Shown: positions 49,671 to 59,587, counted from the stretch's first letter. The stretch is 64,000 nucleotides of DNA from Aureliella sp. (GCA_963691875.1 OY829846.1:3136001-3200000), one strand, 5' to 3'. Notes: generated by a model from the sequence alone, not told the origin. Numbers and translations: made by a program.

Positions 49671-50843
49671 GTGTCTCACTTACTTGTTTTAGAACCCTTC
49701 GGTGGCGGCAGTCATGCGAGCCTTTATCGCGGTTGGAGCAAGTACTCGCGCCACGAGTTCACGGTTCTCGAGTTGCCTGCGGTGCATTGGAAATGGCGTT
49801 CCCGTCATGCTTCTCTAAGTTTGGCTCGACAGGCGAATGAACTTTCCGCAAAAGGTAAGTGCTTCGACGCGATCTTTTGCAGCGACATGCTGAACTTGCC
49901 CGAATGGCGAGGGCTTGCCTGCGACGAGTTGTCCTTGCTGCCTGCGGTCACTTACTTTCACGAAAACCAGTTCACTTATCCGCTGGCTGAAGGCCAAATG
50001 CGTGATTATCACTTCGCGTACACCAACATCCTGAGTGTCATTGCGTCCGAAGCGATTTGGTTTAACTCGCAGTTTCATCTCACCGAATTTCGACAGTCAG
50101 CGCTTGCCTGGTTGCGGAAAATGCCGGACTTCAAGCATGTGGACCTGCTAGAGGCAGAGTTGGGAAATGCGATCGTTTTGCCGCCTGGAATTGAGCGGTT
50201 GCGATCCCCGGATTCTCAGTATGCTTCCGGCCAGAACGGTGTTAAGGATGGCTCGCGTCCCATTCGGTTGGGCTGGGTATCGCGATGGGAACACGACAAG
50301 CGCCCCGACATCTTCGTGAAGGCGGTAGAGCAGCTACTTGAATCTAGAATCGACTTCGAGCTCATTCTGCTTGGGCAGCAATTCACGCAAAAGCCCGCGA
50401 GTTTCCAGCACTTGTTGAAAATTGCGGAATCGCGGGTAATTCACGGGTGTTTTGCCGAGAGCAAGGAGGAATACTGGTCCTGGCTCGGGAAGATGGATTT
50501 CGTAATCTCGACGGCCGACCATGAATTTTTTGGAATCGGTATCTGTGAAGCGATTGCAGCTGGCGCTCGACCGGTTCTGCCTCGGAAACTAGCTTATCCT
50601 GAAGTCCTCGAGCTCGGGCAAAATCCAGATCGAGGCTGCTTTTTCTATGAAACCGCGCAAGAGCGCCATGCAGATGGCTGCAGCGTTACCGCCAGGAACT
50701 TGGTGAAGTGCTTACTCGATCAGCTTAGGTATCAAGAGTCTGAAGAGCCTCCTGCGCTAGATGTGAAGATGTATTTTTGGCAGAACCTCGCCCGGCGATA
50801 TGACGAACAAATTGAAAAGCTCTTGTCGCGGGCAGGCGATTAG
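49671..50843 (+). CDS. DUF3524 + GT-B glycosyltransferase (GTDC1-like)
   Basis: EPF.GGSH, HWKWR, YFHENQ..YP, FNS.F, RWEHDK.P, STA.HEFFG, LAYPE. Confidence 0.85.
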   Translation: MSHLLVLEPFGGGSHASLYRGWSKYSRHEFTVLELPAVHWKWRSRHASLSLARQANELSAKGKCFDAIFCSDMLNLPEWRGLACDELSLLPAVTYFHENQFTYPLAEGQMRDYHFAYTNILSVIASEAIWFNSQFHLTEFRQSALAWLRKMPDFKHVDLLEAELGNAIVLPPGIERLRSPDSQYASGQNGVKDGSRPIRLGWVSRWEHDKRPDIFVKAVEQLLESRIDFELILLGQQFTQKPASFQHLLKIAESRVIHGCFAESKEEYWSWLGKMDFVISTADHEFFGIGICEAIAAGARPVLPRKLAYPEVLELGQNPDRGCFFYETAQERHADGCSVTARNLVKCLLDQLRYQESEEPPALDVKMYFWQNLARRYDEQIEKLLSRAGD

Positions 50844-50994
50844 GCGACCGGCAAAAGAACCCCAACCAATGGATCGGGTATTCACACAGCAAAATACTGC
50901 TTGAAAAAAAAGTTGGATTGGCAAATCCTTTCTCGCCTTCCGCCTTGAGAACTTATCATGGTGTGAGCTCCAGGTATCTTTTGAGGAAAAATCG

Positions 50995-52161
50995 ATGCGG
51001 TACAAAGCTCTTCAAGCCTTGATAGGCGCGACTCTCGCGTTCAGTTGCCTGCTCCAGTTTGCTGCTGGGCAAGACTTAACGACTGAAAAGTGCAACACGT
51101 TGCTGTCGGAACTCCAGCCGAAGTCAGATGCCCTTTGGCGAACGATTCCTTGGCGGACAAGTCTGCTGGAAGCGCAGAAAGCTGCGGCGGAAGAAAACAA
51201 GCCAATCTTTATCTGGGCCATGGATGGACACCCGCTTGGCTGTACGTGAAACAATGGTGTGCTCGACCGTGAGTCGACATTCGCATTACCTGGTACCGTG
51301 AAACTCCTTCAGAAGGATTTCATCCCCGTTGCTTTAGACCAAGCCTATCAGCGTCGGCAAAAAGACACCGAAGGCGAGTTCTATCGCAAGATCGCCTCGC
51401 AAGGCCCTCGCAGCGACTTTCAGAATACCACGCAAGGATTTTACGTGGCTGATGCTACAGGCAAGCTCTACTTTTACAACAACAATCGCGATCCCAAGAA
51501 AGTACAAAGGCTAATCCGCGAGAGCTTGAAGGAGTTCGTAGACTCTCCCCCCGGCCAAATTTCCGTACTTCAGGCTGAGACGCGCGACAAGCGTTGGAAT
51601 GTTGAGCCACCTAAAGGTGGCTTGGTGGTTCGGGTGCGAGCTAGAGTTATAGACGGTTACAAAGAGACGACGAATCAGTGGAAGAAGATCTTCCAGAACT
51701 CCGTATCGCGAGACAATCTGTGGATCACGAAGGAAGAGCACGAAGCATTGGTTGCTGGAACTTTTCCAACCAAGCTGCAACAACGCATCGCGAGATTCCA
51801 CCTCGTTGACAATACGCGTGGCGAGCCACCGATGTGGGGATTCACCGACATCCGTAAACTCAAGATCGAGCTTAAGGATAACGGTGAAATTCAGGGGCAG
51901 GTTTCTTTGCGCACAGTCAAAGGCGCGGAACGCGGCTATGAGGCAGAGCTCAAGGGCAAGCTAGAAGTCACAGGCGGAAAAGTCGCGAAGCTGGAAATCG
52001 TTTGCCTCGGTAAGTTCTGGGGTGAAGGGCGATACACGGGCGGTGCCCCGAAAGGCAAGTTCCCACTCGCCATCACCTTTACGCTCGCAGACGGCACTGA
52101 TTTGGCAGATCGGATTCCTCCTCAAGGTTCAAGAGGCTGGATCGACGGCTATTTGCGATAG
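50995..52161 (+). CDS. candidate secreted selenoprotein, thioredoxin-like, C-x-U motif (TGA 51247-51249 read as Sec), 388 aa
   Basis: Two track ORFs share a frame, separated only by TGA+AACAATGGT: ...KPIFIWAMDGHPLGCT-U-NNGVLDRESTF...LLQKDFIPVALD; downstream SECIS-like hairpin; N-terminal signal peptide. Confidence 0.75.
51253..51287 (+). promoter_or_regulatory. putative bacterial SECIS element
   Basis: AATG-GT-GTG-C-TCGAC [CGTGA] GTCGA-CAT-TCG-CATT; apical loop starts 18 nt after UGA and has GU at loop positions 2-3. Confidence 0.6.
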
Positions 52162-52210
52162 CTACCGATGACAAGATTCGATCTTAGTAGATTCAAAGGA
52201 GTGATCTATT

Positions 52211-52882
52211 TTGACTGCGCGAATTCTGTTGATTCGTCACGGGCAATCGGCAAACAATGCCTTGCCCGAAGAATTACGAGTGTGCGATCCAGGCCTGACG
52301 CAGATCGGTCAGCGGCAAGCCGAGTGCTTAGCGGAATCGCTTGCGAATGCAAAAATCGATTCGCTACTGTGCAGTCCGTTTCTGCGTTCGTTGGAGACTG
52401 TAAAGCCAGTCGCGATAAGACGCAACCAAACGGTCGCCATTAGATCAGACATCTTCGAGAAAGGTGGGTGCTACAGCGGCTACAACGCCATTGGCAAGAA
52501 AGGCGAAGCAGGGATGGGCGCCAGCGAGCTGGCAACCAAATATCCAGGTTGGTCGATCGATGAGAGAATTGCCGAAGCGGGTTGGTGGGGCCACGACTTC
52601 GAAAGTGACGAAGCAGTGCTCCAACGCGCCCAAACCGTTGCCCGCTGGGTTGAGGATACCTTCGTTCCAACGAGCGGCACGCATGCACTAGTGATACATG
52701 CTGACTTCAAATCAATCTTGCTTAAAGCCCTGATGCAAAAAAGCGATCCGCTATATCAAGTTAGTGAATTGCTTTGGAACACTGGTGTCACTGAGCTTCG
52801 CTGGAACGAAGGAACGGAATGCTGGAAGATGGAGCGACTGAATAATATTTCGCATCTCCCGCGAGGGTTGCATACCTACTAG
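52211..52882 (+). CDS. histidine phosphatase (phosphoglycerate mutase-like) family protein
   Basis: LIRHGQS, LT..G..QA, SPF.R..ET, VIHAD, LWNTG. Confidence 0.88.
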   Translation: MTARILLIRHGQSANNALPEELRVCDPGLTQIGQRQAECLAESLANAKIDSLLCSPFLRSLETVKPVAIRRNQTVAIRSDIFEKGGCYSGYNAIGKKGEAGMGASELATKYPGWSIDERIAEAGWWGHDFESDEAVLQRAQTVARWVEDTFVPTSGTHALVIHADFKSILLKALMQKSDPLYQVSELLWNTGVTELRWNEGTECWKMERLNNISHLPRGLHTY

Positions 52883-53066
52883 GTGAATAATTCCTCCCAA
52901 GCTCTCCGACCTAAGCTACTCCAGTGATCGCCAGAACCATCGAACGCGGTGAGATCCTTGACAGTTGCTCACTGAGCCCTTTTCGCCATAACTTGCCCGT
53001 TTGTGGACCAGTTTATTGCCATGCGAAAACAAGGGAGAAGGATTGTGGATACAGAGCAGATAAGGG

Positions 53067-53195
53067 TGCTTGCTTGAGGCCCCATGCTTTCGGCGCTACT
53101 GCGCTGTGCCAGAACCATCATCAGCTCTCATCTGGGGTTCATTGGCTGGCCTCTGCGTCATCCGAAGGCGACGAGGCTAACAGTCTCAGGAAGCA
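53067..53195 (+). ncRNA. candidate structured RNA (closing stem + three hairpins), unassigned
   Basis: 53067-80 pairs with 53183-95; internal hairpins at 53091-106, 53108-146 and 53148-178; G-U pairs favour the + strand. Confidence 0.35.
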
Positions 53196-53205
53196 AATTA
53201 ACTTA

Positions 53206-53237
53206 CATACAAGCCAGCTGTTCAGCTGGCTTGTATG
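53206..53237. terminator. perfect 15-bp inverted repeat between convergent genes
   Basis: CATACAAGCCAGCTG-TT-CAGCTGGCTTGTATG. Confidence 0.65.
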
Positions 53238-53271
53238 CGTCGTGTGGCGTTAGAGCAAATGGTAAGCCAAG

Positions 53272-54249
53272 CTAATCCACTCCGAAAGTAACGATGGATT
53301 GCCGAATGGCTTCACGTAGCTCTGTTTGTCGAACCTTGGGAAAGGCGTCTAGGAAAGGCTGGTATTCCAAATCGCAAATAAAGGGCACTTCGTCCTGGCC
53401 AATAGTGATATCAAAGCTGTCGGCCAACCCAAGCTCCGAAGCAACTTCTCGCATTAGTTCGACCAGGGTACTTGTATCCGCGGTGTGGCTTGGCAGAGTA
53501 AACGCTGCGTAACCATCGAAGGGCTCGACAAGTGTGCTGCCAACCGCAGCACCAACATCGGGCGAGTATAGATAATCCTGTTTTGAGCGATAGGGAATTT
53601 CATACCGCTCGCCTTTCGCCACGTGCTTCATTGCAGTCGTTGGTGTCGAAGTCAGGCCTCGATCTCGCCCAGGCCCAAACAATGCACCTGGACGCACGGA
53701 GATTGTATCGATCCCCGTTTCTTCATGGAACAGTCGGGAAACGTGCTCGCCAGCTAGTTTCCAAACTCCGTAGACATTCACCGGTTTCGGCTCCGAACTC
53801 ATTGGAACCCTTCCAGCCGGATAGGCAACACGCGGTCCGTAGACGGCGACTGAACTCGCGAATACGAATCTCTGTACCTTCGTCCGAGCAGCTTTTATGC
53901 CCTCGACCAAGTTTTGCGTTCCTGCCAAATTGGTTTGGAGTCCAAGATCGCGATGCTCGTTGCAATCCGGTGTCTGAAGTCCAGCCATATGAGCAACACG
54001 CGTAATCTGGTGCTCGTCAAGCAAGTTGTGCAACGCCTCACGACGCACATCGATGCTAGCCGCTTGAACGCGATCAGTGTGTTCGGGAAAGGACTGCTGC
54101 ACCGCTTCCTGGTTTGCCTTGCGACTACCGATCACAATTCGAGAGTCGGTATTCTCGAGTAGCCACCGCGCTGCCATCACGCCGATACACCCAAGCCCAC
54201 CAGTGATGAGGATAGACTCTGAGTTGGCCGTTGGGTCATTCATATTCAT
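53272..54249 (-). CDS. NAD-dependent epimerase/dehydratase (extended SDR)
   Basis: ILITGGLGCIG, ASSVAVYG, YGVWK, RPG..FGPG; start moved to ATG 54249. Confidence 0.88.
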   Translation of the reverse strand: MNMNDPTANSESILITGGLGCIGVMAARWLLENTDSRIVIGSRKANQEAVQQSFPEHTDRVQAASIDVRREALHNLLDEHQITRVAHMAGLQTPDCNEHRDLGLQTNLAGTQNLVEGIKAARTKVQRFVFASSVAVYGPRVAYPAGRVPMSSEPKPVNVYGVWKLAGEHVSRLFHEETGIDTISVRPGALFGPGRDRGLTSTPTTAMKHVAKGERYEIPYRSKQDYLYSPDVGAAVGSTLVEPFDGYAAFTLPSHTADTSTLVELMREVASELGLADSFDITIGQDEVPFICDLEYQPFLDAFPKVRQTELREAIRQSIVTFGVD

Positions 54250-54558
54250 GCTCGTAATGCAGGGAGGGTTTTCTAAGCAATGCCCACATGAGCTGCCGCT
54301 GCATCTCACCGCTACAAGTTGGTGAAGCAAGCCTAACTGGTGGCAAAAACGCCCTGACTACCTAACTTCATAGAAAAGTATTAATTACCCGTTCCCGAGA
54401 GGGCATCGGTACGATGGAGCAGTGAGATTTTCTAGTCGACTGTGTTATTCCGTCGGCACGAGGGCTGACGGCTAGCCGCCAATGTTTTGATTGAGGCCGA
54501 GCACCGTGAGTGGCAGTGTGGAGCTTCCAGCATTGACCATCTGCTTTGAAGCCGAAGC

Positions 54559-57500
54559 TTACTTATCGAAATAGGCGGGATGAATCTCACGAAGAGCGTC
54601 CGAGGCTGATTCGACTGCATGCAAGATCTGCTCTTCGGTGTGAGTGCAGTTGATAAAGAACCTTAAGCGAGCAGCCGACTCTTCTACAGCAGGGTAAAGG
54701 ATTGGCTGAACGTTCACACCGGCTTCGTACATCTTGCGCGAAAGCAACAACGCGTGAAGCGAGTTACCGGTGATGACTGGAATCACTGGCGTATCCGACG
54801 AAGCTCCAGTGTTGAGTCCCCGTTTGTTCGCTTCATCCAAGAACAGTTTGGAACGAGCTCGCAAAGTCTGAACGCGTTCGGGCTCCGCCTTCAGCGTTCG
54901 CAACGAGGCCATCGCAGCGGCGGTATTGGTTGGCGAAAGGCCAACGCTAAATACGAATCCGGGCGCGGTGTACTTCAGAAGCTCGATCAATTCGCTGCAA
55001 CCGGCAATATAGCCGCCACAACTACCGAAGCTCTTACTGAGCGTACCCATCCAGATATCGACGTCAGAGCCTGGAACACCAAAGTGCTCGCTGATCCCTC
55101 TTCCATGATCGCCCATCGTTCCAATGGAATGAGCTTCGTCGACCATCAGCCATGACTTGTACTTATTCTTGACTTCGACGAATTTCGGCAACTCCGGATA
55201 GTCACCGTCCATACTGTAAACGCCCTCGATCACGACCAAAATGCGTCGATAGCTGTCACGCACTTCTTCCAAAATGCTTTCGAGAGCTTCCCAGTCATTG
55301 TGCGGGAACGGACGACGTCGAGCACCGCTAAGGATAGCCCCTTGAACGATACTGTTGTGCGACAAGGCATCGTGCAGAATTAAATCGCCAGGACCGACAA
55401 GGTGTCCGATCGTAGTTTCGTTGGTGGCATGCCCACCGACCATTAGCAAAGCAGACTCGGTGCCAATCCAGCCAGAGAGTTCGCATTCCAACTCGCCGTG
55501 AATCGGTTTCTCACCGCTGACCAGGCGCGAAGCACTCACGCTTGTACCGTATTGCTGTGCAGCTTCAACGACGGCTTGGGTGACGGCTGGATCGCCTGAC
55601 ATCCCCAGGTAGTTATACGAGGAAAAGCTCACGAGCTCTTCGCCGGCGATATTGGTCGTATCGCGAACTGTCCCGTGGTGCACCGAGAAGTAAGGGTTCG
55701 GCACTCCCGTCATCTCGAACTGGGACATGGTCCTTTTCAAGCGTCGATACTCAGGCAGCTGTGCAAAAAGGAAGTCCTCTTCTGCAACTTCACCCGTACC
55801 GGATGGCTTAAGGCCTGTTTCCGTTGGTACAAGATCGCGACGCACACGCTTCTTGCCCATGTGCTTTTCGATTGCCGTCGCGACTTCCCATACGGTCTCG
55901 ATGTCTTGCAGCACATGCTCCGGGAAGCGACCATCAAAAGTCTGCTCCAGCGAATGAGCAATTTGCATCCGCTCCAAGCTATCCAAGCCCAAGTCCAACA
56001 CAATGTTGGTGTCGAGGTCCAGTTGCTTGGCACGTTCGCGAGCAACTGCCTTAATGGCGTCCATCACAATGTCAACTATTTCGTGGTCCGGCGCGGACTT
56101 GTCGATGCGAACATGACCGTTACCGCCACCTGTATCCATCGACGACGCCGCAATCATCGGCTCGGCCTCTGGCAAGTCGATTTCCCAAGCCTTCCACTCC
56201 GCGACGACTTTAAGCGAGCCGCGCTCAAACAGCTCACGGCAGGCGTGACGTTGGATCTTACCGCTCGACGTTCGGGGCAAGGTTCCGAAACGCACCAGGA
56301 CGATCGCGTCCGGCAGGATTTCGTGTGCGCCCGATACTTCTCGACGAATCGTCTTGATTACTTCTTCCCAGTCTGCACCTTCGCCTCGATTGCGGACTTC
56401 AGCAGTGATAATTAGCTGCTCGCGACCATCGACAACATGAGCGAAAGCAGCAGCCACGCCGCTCGTCATCACATCGTCTGCTTGCTCAGTGGTCTCCTCA
56501 ATGTCTTGCGGATACTTGTTGACGCCGCGAACAATAATCATGTCCTTCAGGCGTCCTGCGACAAACATCTGCTCTTCGTAGATGAAGCCGAGGTCGCCGG
56601 TTCTCAGGAATGGGCCGTCACCGTCTGCGGTCTCAGCAAGGAAAACCTCCTTGGTGATTTCGTCTCGTTCCCAATAGCCATGTCCGACACTGGGGCTATT
56701 TACCCAGATCTCACCAATGGAGTCCGGTGGAAGCTTGGCGTGCGTTTCGGGATCGACAATGAATACGGACTCACAGGGTAGCACAGCCCCGCTTCCAACC
56801 AATTCACGAGCGTACTCGTCGTCCGCCTCACAGGGTTGGACGTGTTTCTTGTCTAAGGCCTGGCTGTTGAAAGTGCGTATGACCGGTGGATCTGTGGCTG
56901 GACCTCCGGTAACGATCAATGTTGTCTCTGCCATGCCATAGCAGGGCAGGAAGGAATTCTCCGGAAAACCGTACTTGGAAAATCGCTCCGTGAACTCATG
57001 AAGCGTGCTTGCTCGAACCGGTTCGGCACCATTGAAAGCAGTCTTCCACGTGCTGAGATCTATGCCTTCGAGTTCTTCGTCTGTGATTTTGTCCACGCAA
57101 AGCTGGTAGGCAAAATTGGGGCCGCCACTAGTGGTTCCGCCATAACGTGCGATTGTGTTTAACCAGCGAATCGGCTTCTGCAAGAACGCCATTGGGCTCA
57201 TAAGCACCATCGAGCAACCGCTCCAGATGGGCTCCACGATTCCACCAATCAGCCCCATGTCGTGATAAGTCGGAAGCCAGCTCACTCCGACCGCTGTGCG
57301 AGCATGCTCGAAGGAGTACATGATCAACTCGGCATTGCGAATCAAGTTGCCGTGAGAAAGCATCACACCCTTTGGGTTCCCAGTGGAACCAGACGTGTAC
57401 TGCAAAACGGCTAGGTCGTCCGAATTAAGATTGGGCGGCGTCCAGGAACTGGTGTAGTCCTTAGCCATGGAGTCTGAAGCGATAATCGAGACGGATTCCC

Positions 57501-57981
57501 ACTCAACCCAGTTCGCATCACCTTCGATTTGCTGGCGGACAGTCTGCGTGGTGAGTGCCACGTTTGCTTGGCAATCCTTGGCGATACCGTGAATCCGCTG
57601 CCCTTTGCGATTGCGCCGCGGGGGGAATGCTGGTACGGCGGTCGCGCCGGCGTACAAGCAGCCGAAGAATCCAGCGACGAAGTCCAGAACCGGTGGATAG
57701 ATCAACAGGACTCGCTCGCCCTTGGTCACCCCCGCATTCTGAAGATAACCAGCGAGATTACGAGCCTGTGCGTCCAGCTCTTGAAAGGTGACTCGAAGGT
57801 CGTCTTCACCGTCCTCACCATCGGTGAAGTAGAAGGCGACGCGGTCGGGGGTCTTTTGGGCCCAGTACTGGAGGATGGCAACCAGATCCGTGCGAGGTGG
57901 AATGTAGTCGCCCATTAACCGAACGAGGTCCGATTCCGCCATCGCTTGGGGCATGGCAGAAGTAGCTGTTGCCTGGTCCAT
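54559..57981 (-). CDS. fatty acyl-AMP ligase - ACP - PLP-dependent alpha-oxoamine synthase (AONS/SPT-like) fusion
   Basis: YTSGSTGNPKG, WLP.YHDMGLIG, YGMAE, RTGDLG (FAAL); LGLDSL (phosphopantetheine site); SYNYLG, HNS, DEAHS, GTLSKSFG (PLP lysine). Confidence 0.9.
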   Translation of the reverse strand: MDQATATSAMPQAMAESDLVRLMGDYIPPRTDLVAILQYWAQKTPDRVAFYFTDGEDGEDDLRVTFQELDAQARNLAGYLQNAGVTKGERVLLIYPPVLDFVAGFFGCLYAGATAVPAFPPRRNRKGQRIHGIAKDCQANVALTTQTVRQQIEGDANWVEWESVSIIASDSMAKDYTSSWTPPNLNSDDLAVLQYTSGSTGNPKGVMLSHGNLIRNAELIMYSFEHARTAVGVSWLPTYHDMGLIGGIVEPIWSGCSMVLMSPMAFLQKPIRWLNTIARYGGTTSGGPNFAYQLCVDKITDEELEGIDLSTWKTAFNGAEPVRASTLHEFTERFSKYGFPENSFLPCYGMAETTLIVTGGPATDPPVIRTFNSQALDKKHVQPCEADDEYARELVGSGAVLPCESVFIVDPETHAKLPPDSIGEIWVNSPSVGHGYWERDEITKEVFLAETADGDGPFLRTGDLGFIYEEQMFVAGRLKDMIIVRGVNKYPQDIEETTEQADDVMTSGVAAAFAHVVDGREQLIITAEVRNRGEGADWEEVIKTIRREVSGAHEILPDAIVLVRFGTLPRTSSGKIQRHACRELFERGSLKVVAEWKAWEIDLPEAEPMIAASSMDTGGGNGHVRIDKSAPDHEIVDIVMDAIKAVARERAKQLDLDTNIVLDLGLDSLERMQIAHSLEQTFDGRFPEHVLQDIETVWEVATAIEKHMGKKRVRRDLVPTETGLKPSGTGEVAEEDFLFAQLPEYRRLKRTMSQFEMTGVPNPYFSVHHGTVRDTTNIAGEELVSFSSYNYLGMSGDPAVTQAVVEAAQQYGTSVSASRLVSGEKPIHGELECELSGWIGTESALLMVGGHATNETTIGHLVGPGDLILHDALSHNSIVQGAILSGARRRPFPHNDWEALESILEEVRDSYRRILVVIEGVYSMDGDYPELPKFVEVKNKYKSWLMVDEAHSIGTMGDHGRGISEHFGVPGSDVDIWMGTLSKSFGSCGGYIAGCSELIELLKYTAPGFVFSVGLSPTNTAAAMASLRTLKAEPERVQTLRARSKLFLDEANKRGLNTGASSDTPVIPVITGNSLHALLLSRKMYEAGVNVQPILYPAVEESAARLRFFINCTHTEEQILHAVESASDALREIHPAYFDK

Positions 57982-58348
57982 TGTTTGCCTAGTTTCTTGA
58001 CACCGAACTCTGAGTCAAATCAGGGCCAAGCCCGGTCATTTTCAGAGTCGTCTACTTTCCCCAGATACACAAAAGCTGGCAAGGACAAACCAACGGAGTA
58101 CTGCACAAACGTTCAGTATTGCGTTTAGGCTCCATCGTGGGGGCGGTCGCCTCGCTATATGGCATTCAGCGCACGAGCGCAGGAACGGAGTTGGTATCGG
58201 TTGCTAGAAAAGCGTAGTGGGACAAAAGCCAGCGAAGTCCTCGGCTGTCCAGAATAACTTGAAGGATTACACCGGTTACGCCTTCTCGTGGACCAAGGAG
58301 GCCTTCAAAACGTGTCAAGATCTTGGAATCGGAGACTCGAGTCCAAGA

Positions 58349-59029
58349 TTAAAGGAATCTCCAGAACCGCTTTATCTGCTTCCAGTTTTCCCGAGGATGG
58401 CCTTCCTTGGAGACTTGCCAGACCTCCCCCGTGTGTACGTCCATCCCTGTCAGCCAGAATCCTCCAACGCAGGCGGTATCCAAGCAGGTGAAGTGCCCGA
58501 ATTGACCGATCCGCCCGAAGGGCTGTGGAGTGTGCCCAAGGTAAACGTGCTTGCCCGAAACGTGCGGCAATGGGACTCGCTCCGAAAGATGCTCCCAATA
58601 GAGATTGAATTCGGGCTGATCCTCCAAAGCTAGGTCTGGCAGAAAGTTTGCATGCACAAAGATTTGGTTCTCAGTCTCATGATACGACTTGCAACCGGCC
58701 AAGAACGCAATCTCCTTCGCGCCAACGTTTTCCAAGCGCCCACCGAAGCTAGTGAGTGTCTGTTGGCCACCAGTCTGTAACCACAGTTGTGGGTCGAGCC
58801 CGCGAAGTGCGCCGCGGAACATAATTTCATGGTTGCCAAGCAAAAACACAGGGCTGCAATGCTGTTGCAACTCGATCAAAGTACGCAACACACCTTTGGA
58901 ATCAGGGCCGCGATCAACATAGTCTCCCAGAAAGACAAGCTGGTCAGACGACGTGGGAGCTATCTCGTCAAGCAATCCCACCAAGGCTTTGGAGCACCCA
59001 TGGATATCGCCAATTGCGATCGTTCGCAT
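58349..59029 (-). CDS. Ser/Thr protein phosphatase-type metallophosphoesterase (PphA-like)
   Basis: GDIHG, GDYVDRG, GNHE, GHTP, DT.C. Confidence 0.92.
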   Translation of the reverse strand: MRTIAIGDIHGCSKALVGLLDEIAPTSSDQLVFLGDYVDRGPDSKGVLRTLIELQQHCSPVFLLGNHEIMFRGALRGLDPQLWLQTGGQQTLTSFGGRLENVGAKEIAFLAGCKSYHETENQIFVHANFLPDLALEDQPEFNLYWEHLSERVPLPHVSGKHVYLGHTPQPFGRIGQFGHFTCLDTACVGGFWLTGMDVHTGEVWQVSKEGHPRENWKQIKRFWRFL

Positions 59030-59041
59030 GGCAACCGTCCG

Positions 59042-59587
59042 TTAGTTGTAAGCAGGGTCTTCTGGAATTCGTGCCGGGTCGATCGTGCGCGTCAGGACTT
59101 CCCTTCCGATGCTTTGGACTGCTTGCCCCCAAAGTTCCTCAGCACCCGAAAAGACGTCATTCGGCTGCACGTCCCACACCATCCAGTCACCGGCGTTCAG
59201 CTCGCTCTCCAGCTGCTCAGCGCCCCAGCCGGCATAGCCATCGAATAGCCGAAACTTTACGTCTGAGGAGCCATGTTCGCAGTGCGCCAAAATCTGCTCT
59301 TGGTCCGAAGCAACTGCGATCAGAATGTGATCGTCTACTTGTACCGACTGCAGCATCACCAGCGGGCCATCACAAGGACCACCATAAAACACAGGTTCTT
59401 CGTTGCAGCAAGATTCTTCACCGAGCTGGCTAAGAAGCTCATTCACACAGACCTTCGTCGGTCTATTCAGAATCAGTCCCAATGCACCTTCGTCATCGTG
59501 CCGCAGGATGTAGACGACGGTTCGCATAAAGTTGGGGTCGGAAAGGTGCGGCGCTGCGACCAAAGCAAAGCCTTGAGTACTATCCAT
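59042..59587 (-). CDS. YqgE/AlgH family protein
   Basis: DPNF.RTVV, GALGLILNRP, GGP, GYAGWGA.QLE.EL. Confidence 0.92.
   Translation of the reverse strand: MDSTQGFALVAAPHLSDPNFMRTVVYILRHDDEGALGLILNRPTKVCVNELLSQLGEESCCNEEPVFYGGPCDGPLVMLQSVQVDDHILIAVASDQEQILAHCEHGSSDVKFRLFDGYAGWGAEQLESELNAGDWMVWDVQPNDVFSGAEELWGQAVQSIGREVLTRTIDPARIPEDPAYN

Noticed and set aside
12986..52161. Genome-wide UGA reassignment (e.g. UGA=Gly, code 25), suggested by three in-frame TGAs, one at a conserved Gly
   Set aside because: Many genes here end in TGA at family-typical lengths (1867, 3081, 7151, hisH 43953, SDR 45014), and long ORFs are otherwise free of TGA, so UGA is a normal stop.
53108..53146. tRNA or tRNA-Sec (7-nt loop CTCTCAT)
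   Set aside because: No GTTC(G/A)A T-loop in the proper context, no 7-8 bp acceptor stem or CCA, and arm sizes do not fit a cloverleaf.
53148..53195. Glycine riboswitch or SRP RNA (CCGAAGG ... TCTCAGG / GGAAGCA)
   Set aside because: Only fragments match, the SRP CAGG-GNRA-AGCA arrangement is absent, and no gene lies downstream on that strand for a riboswitch to control.
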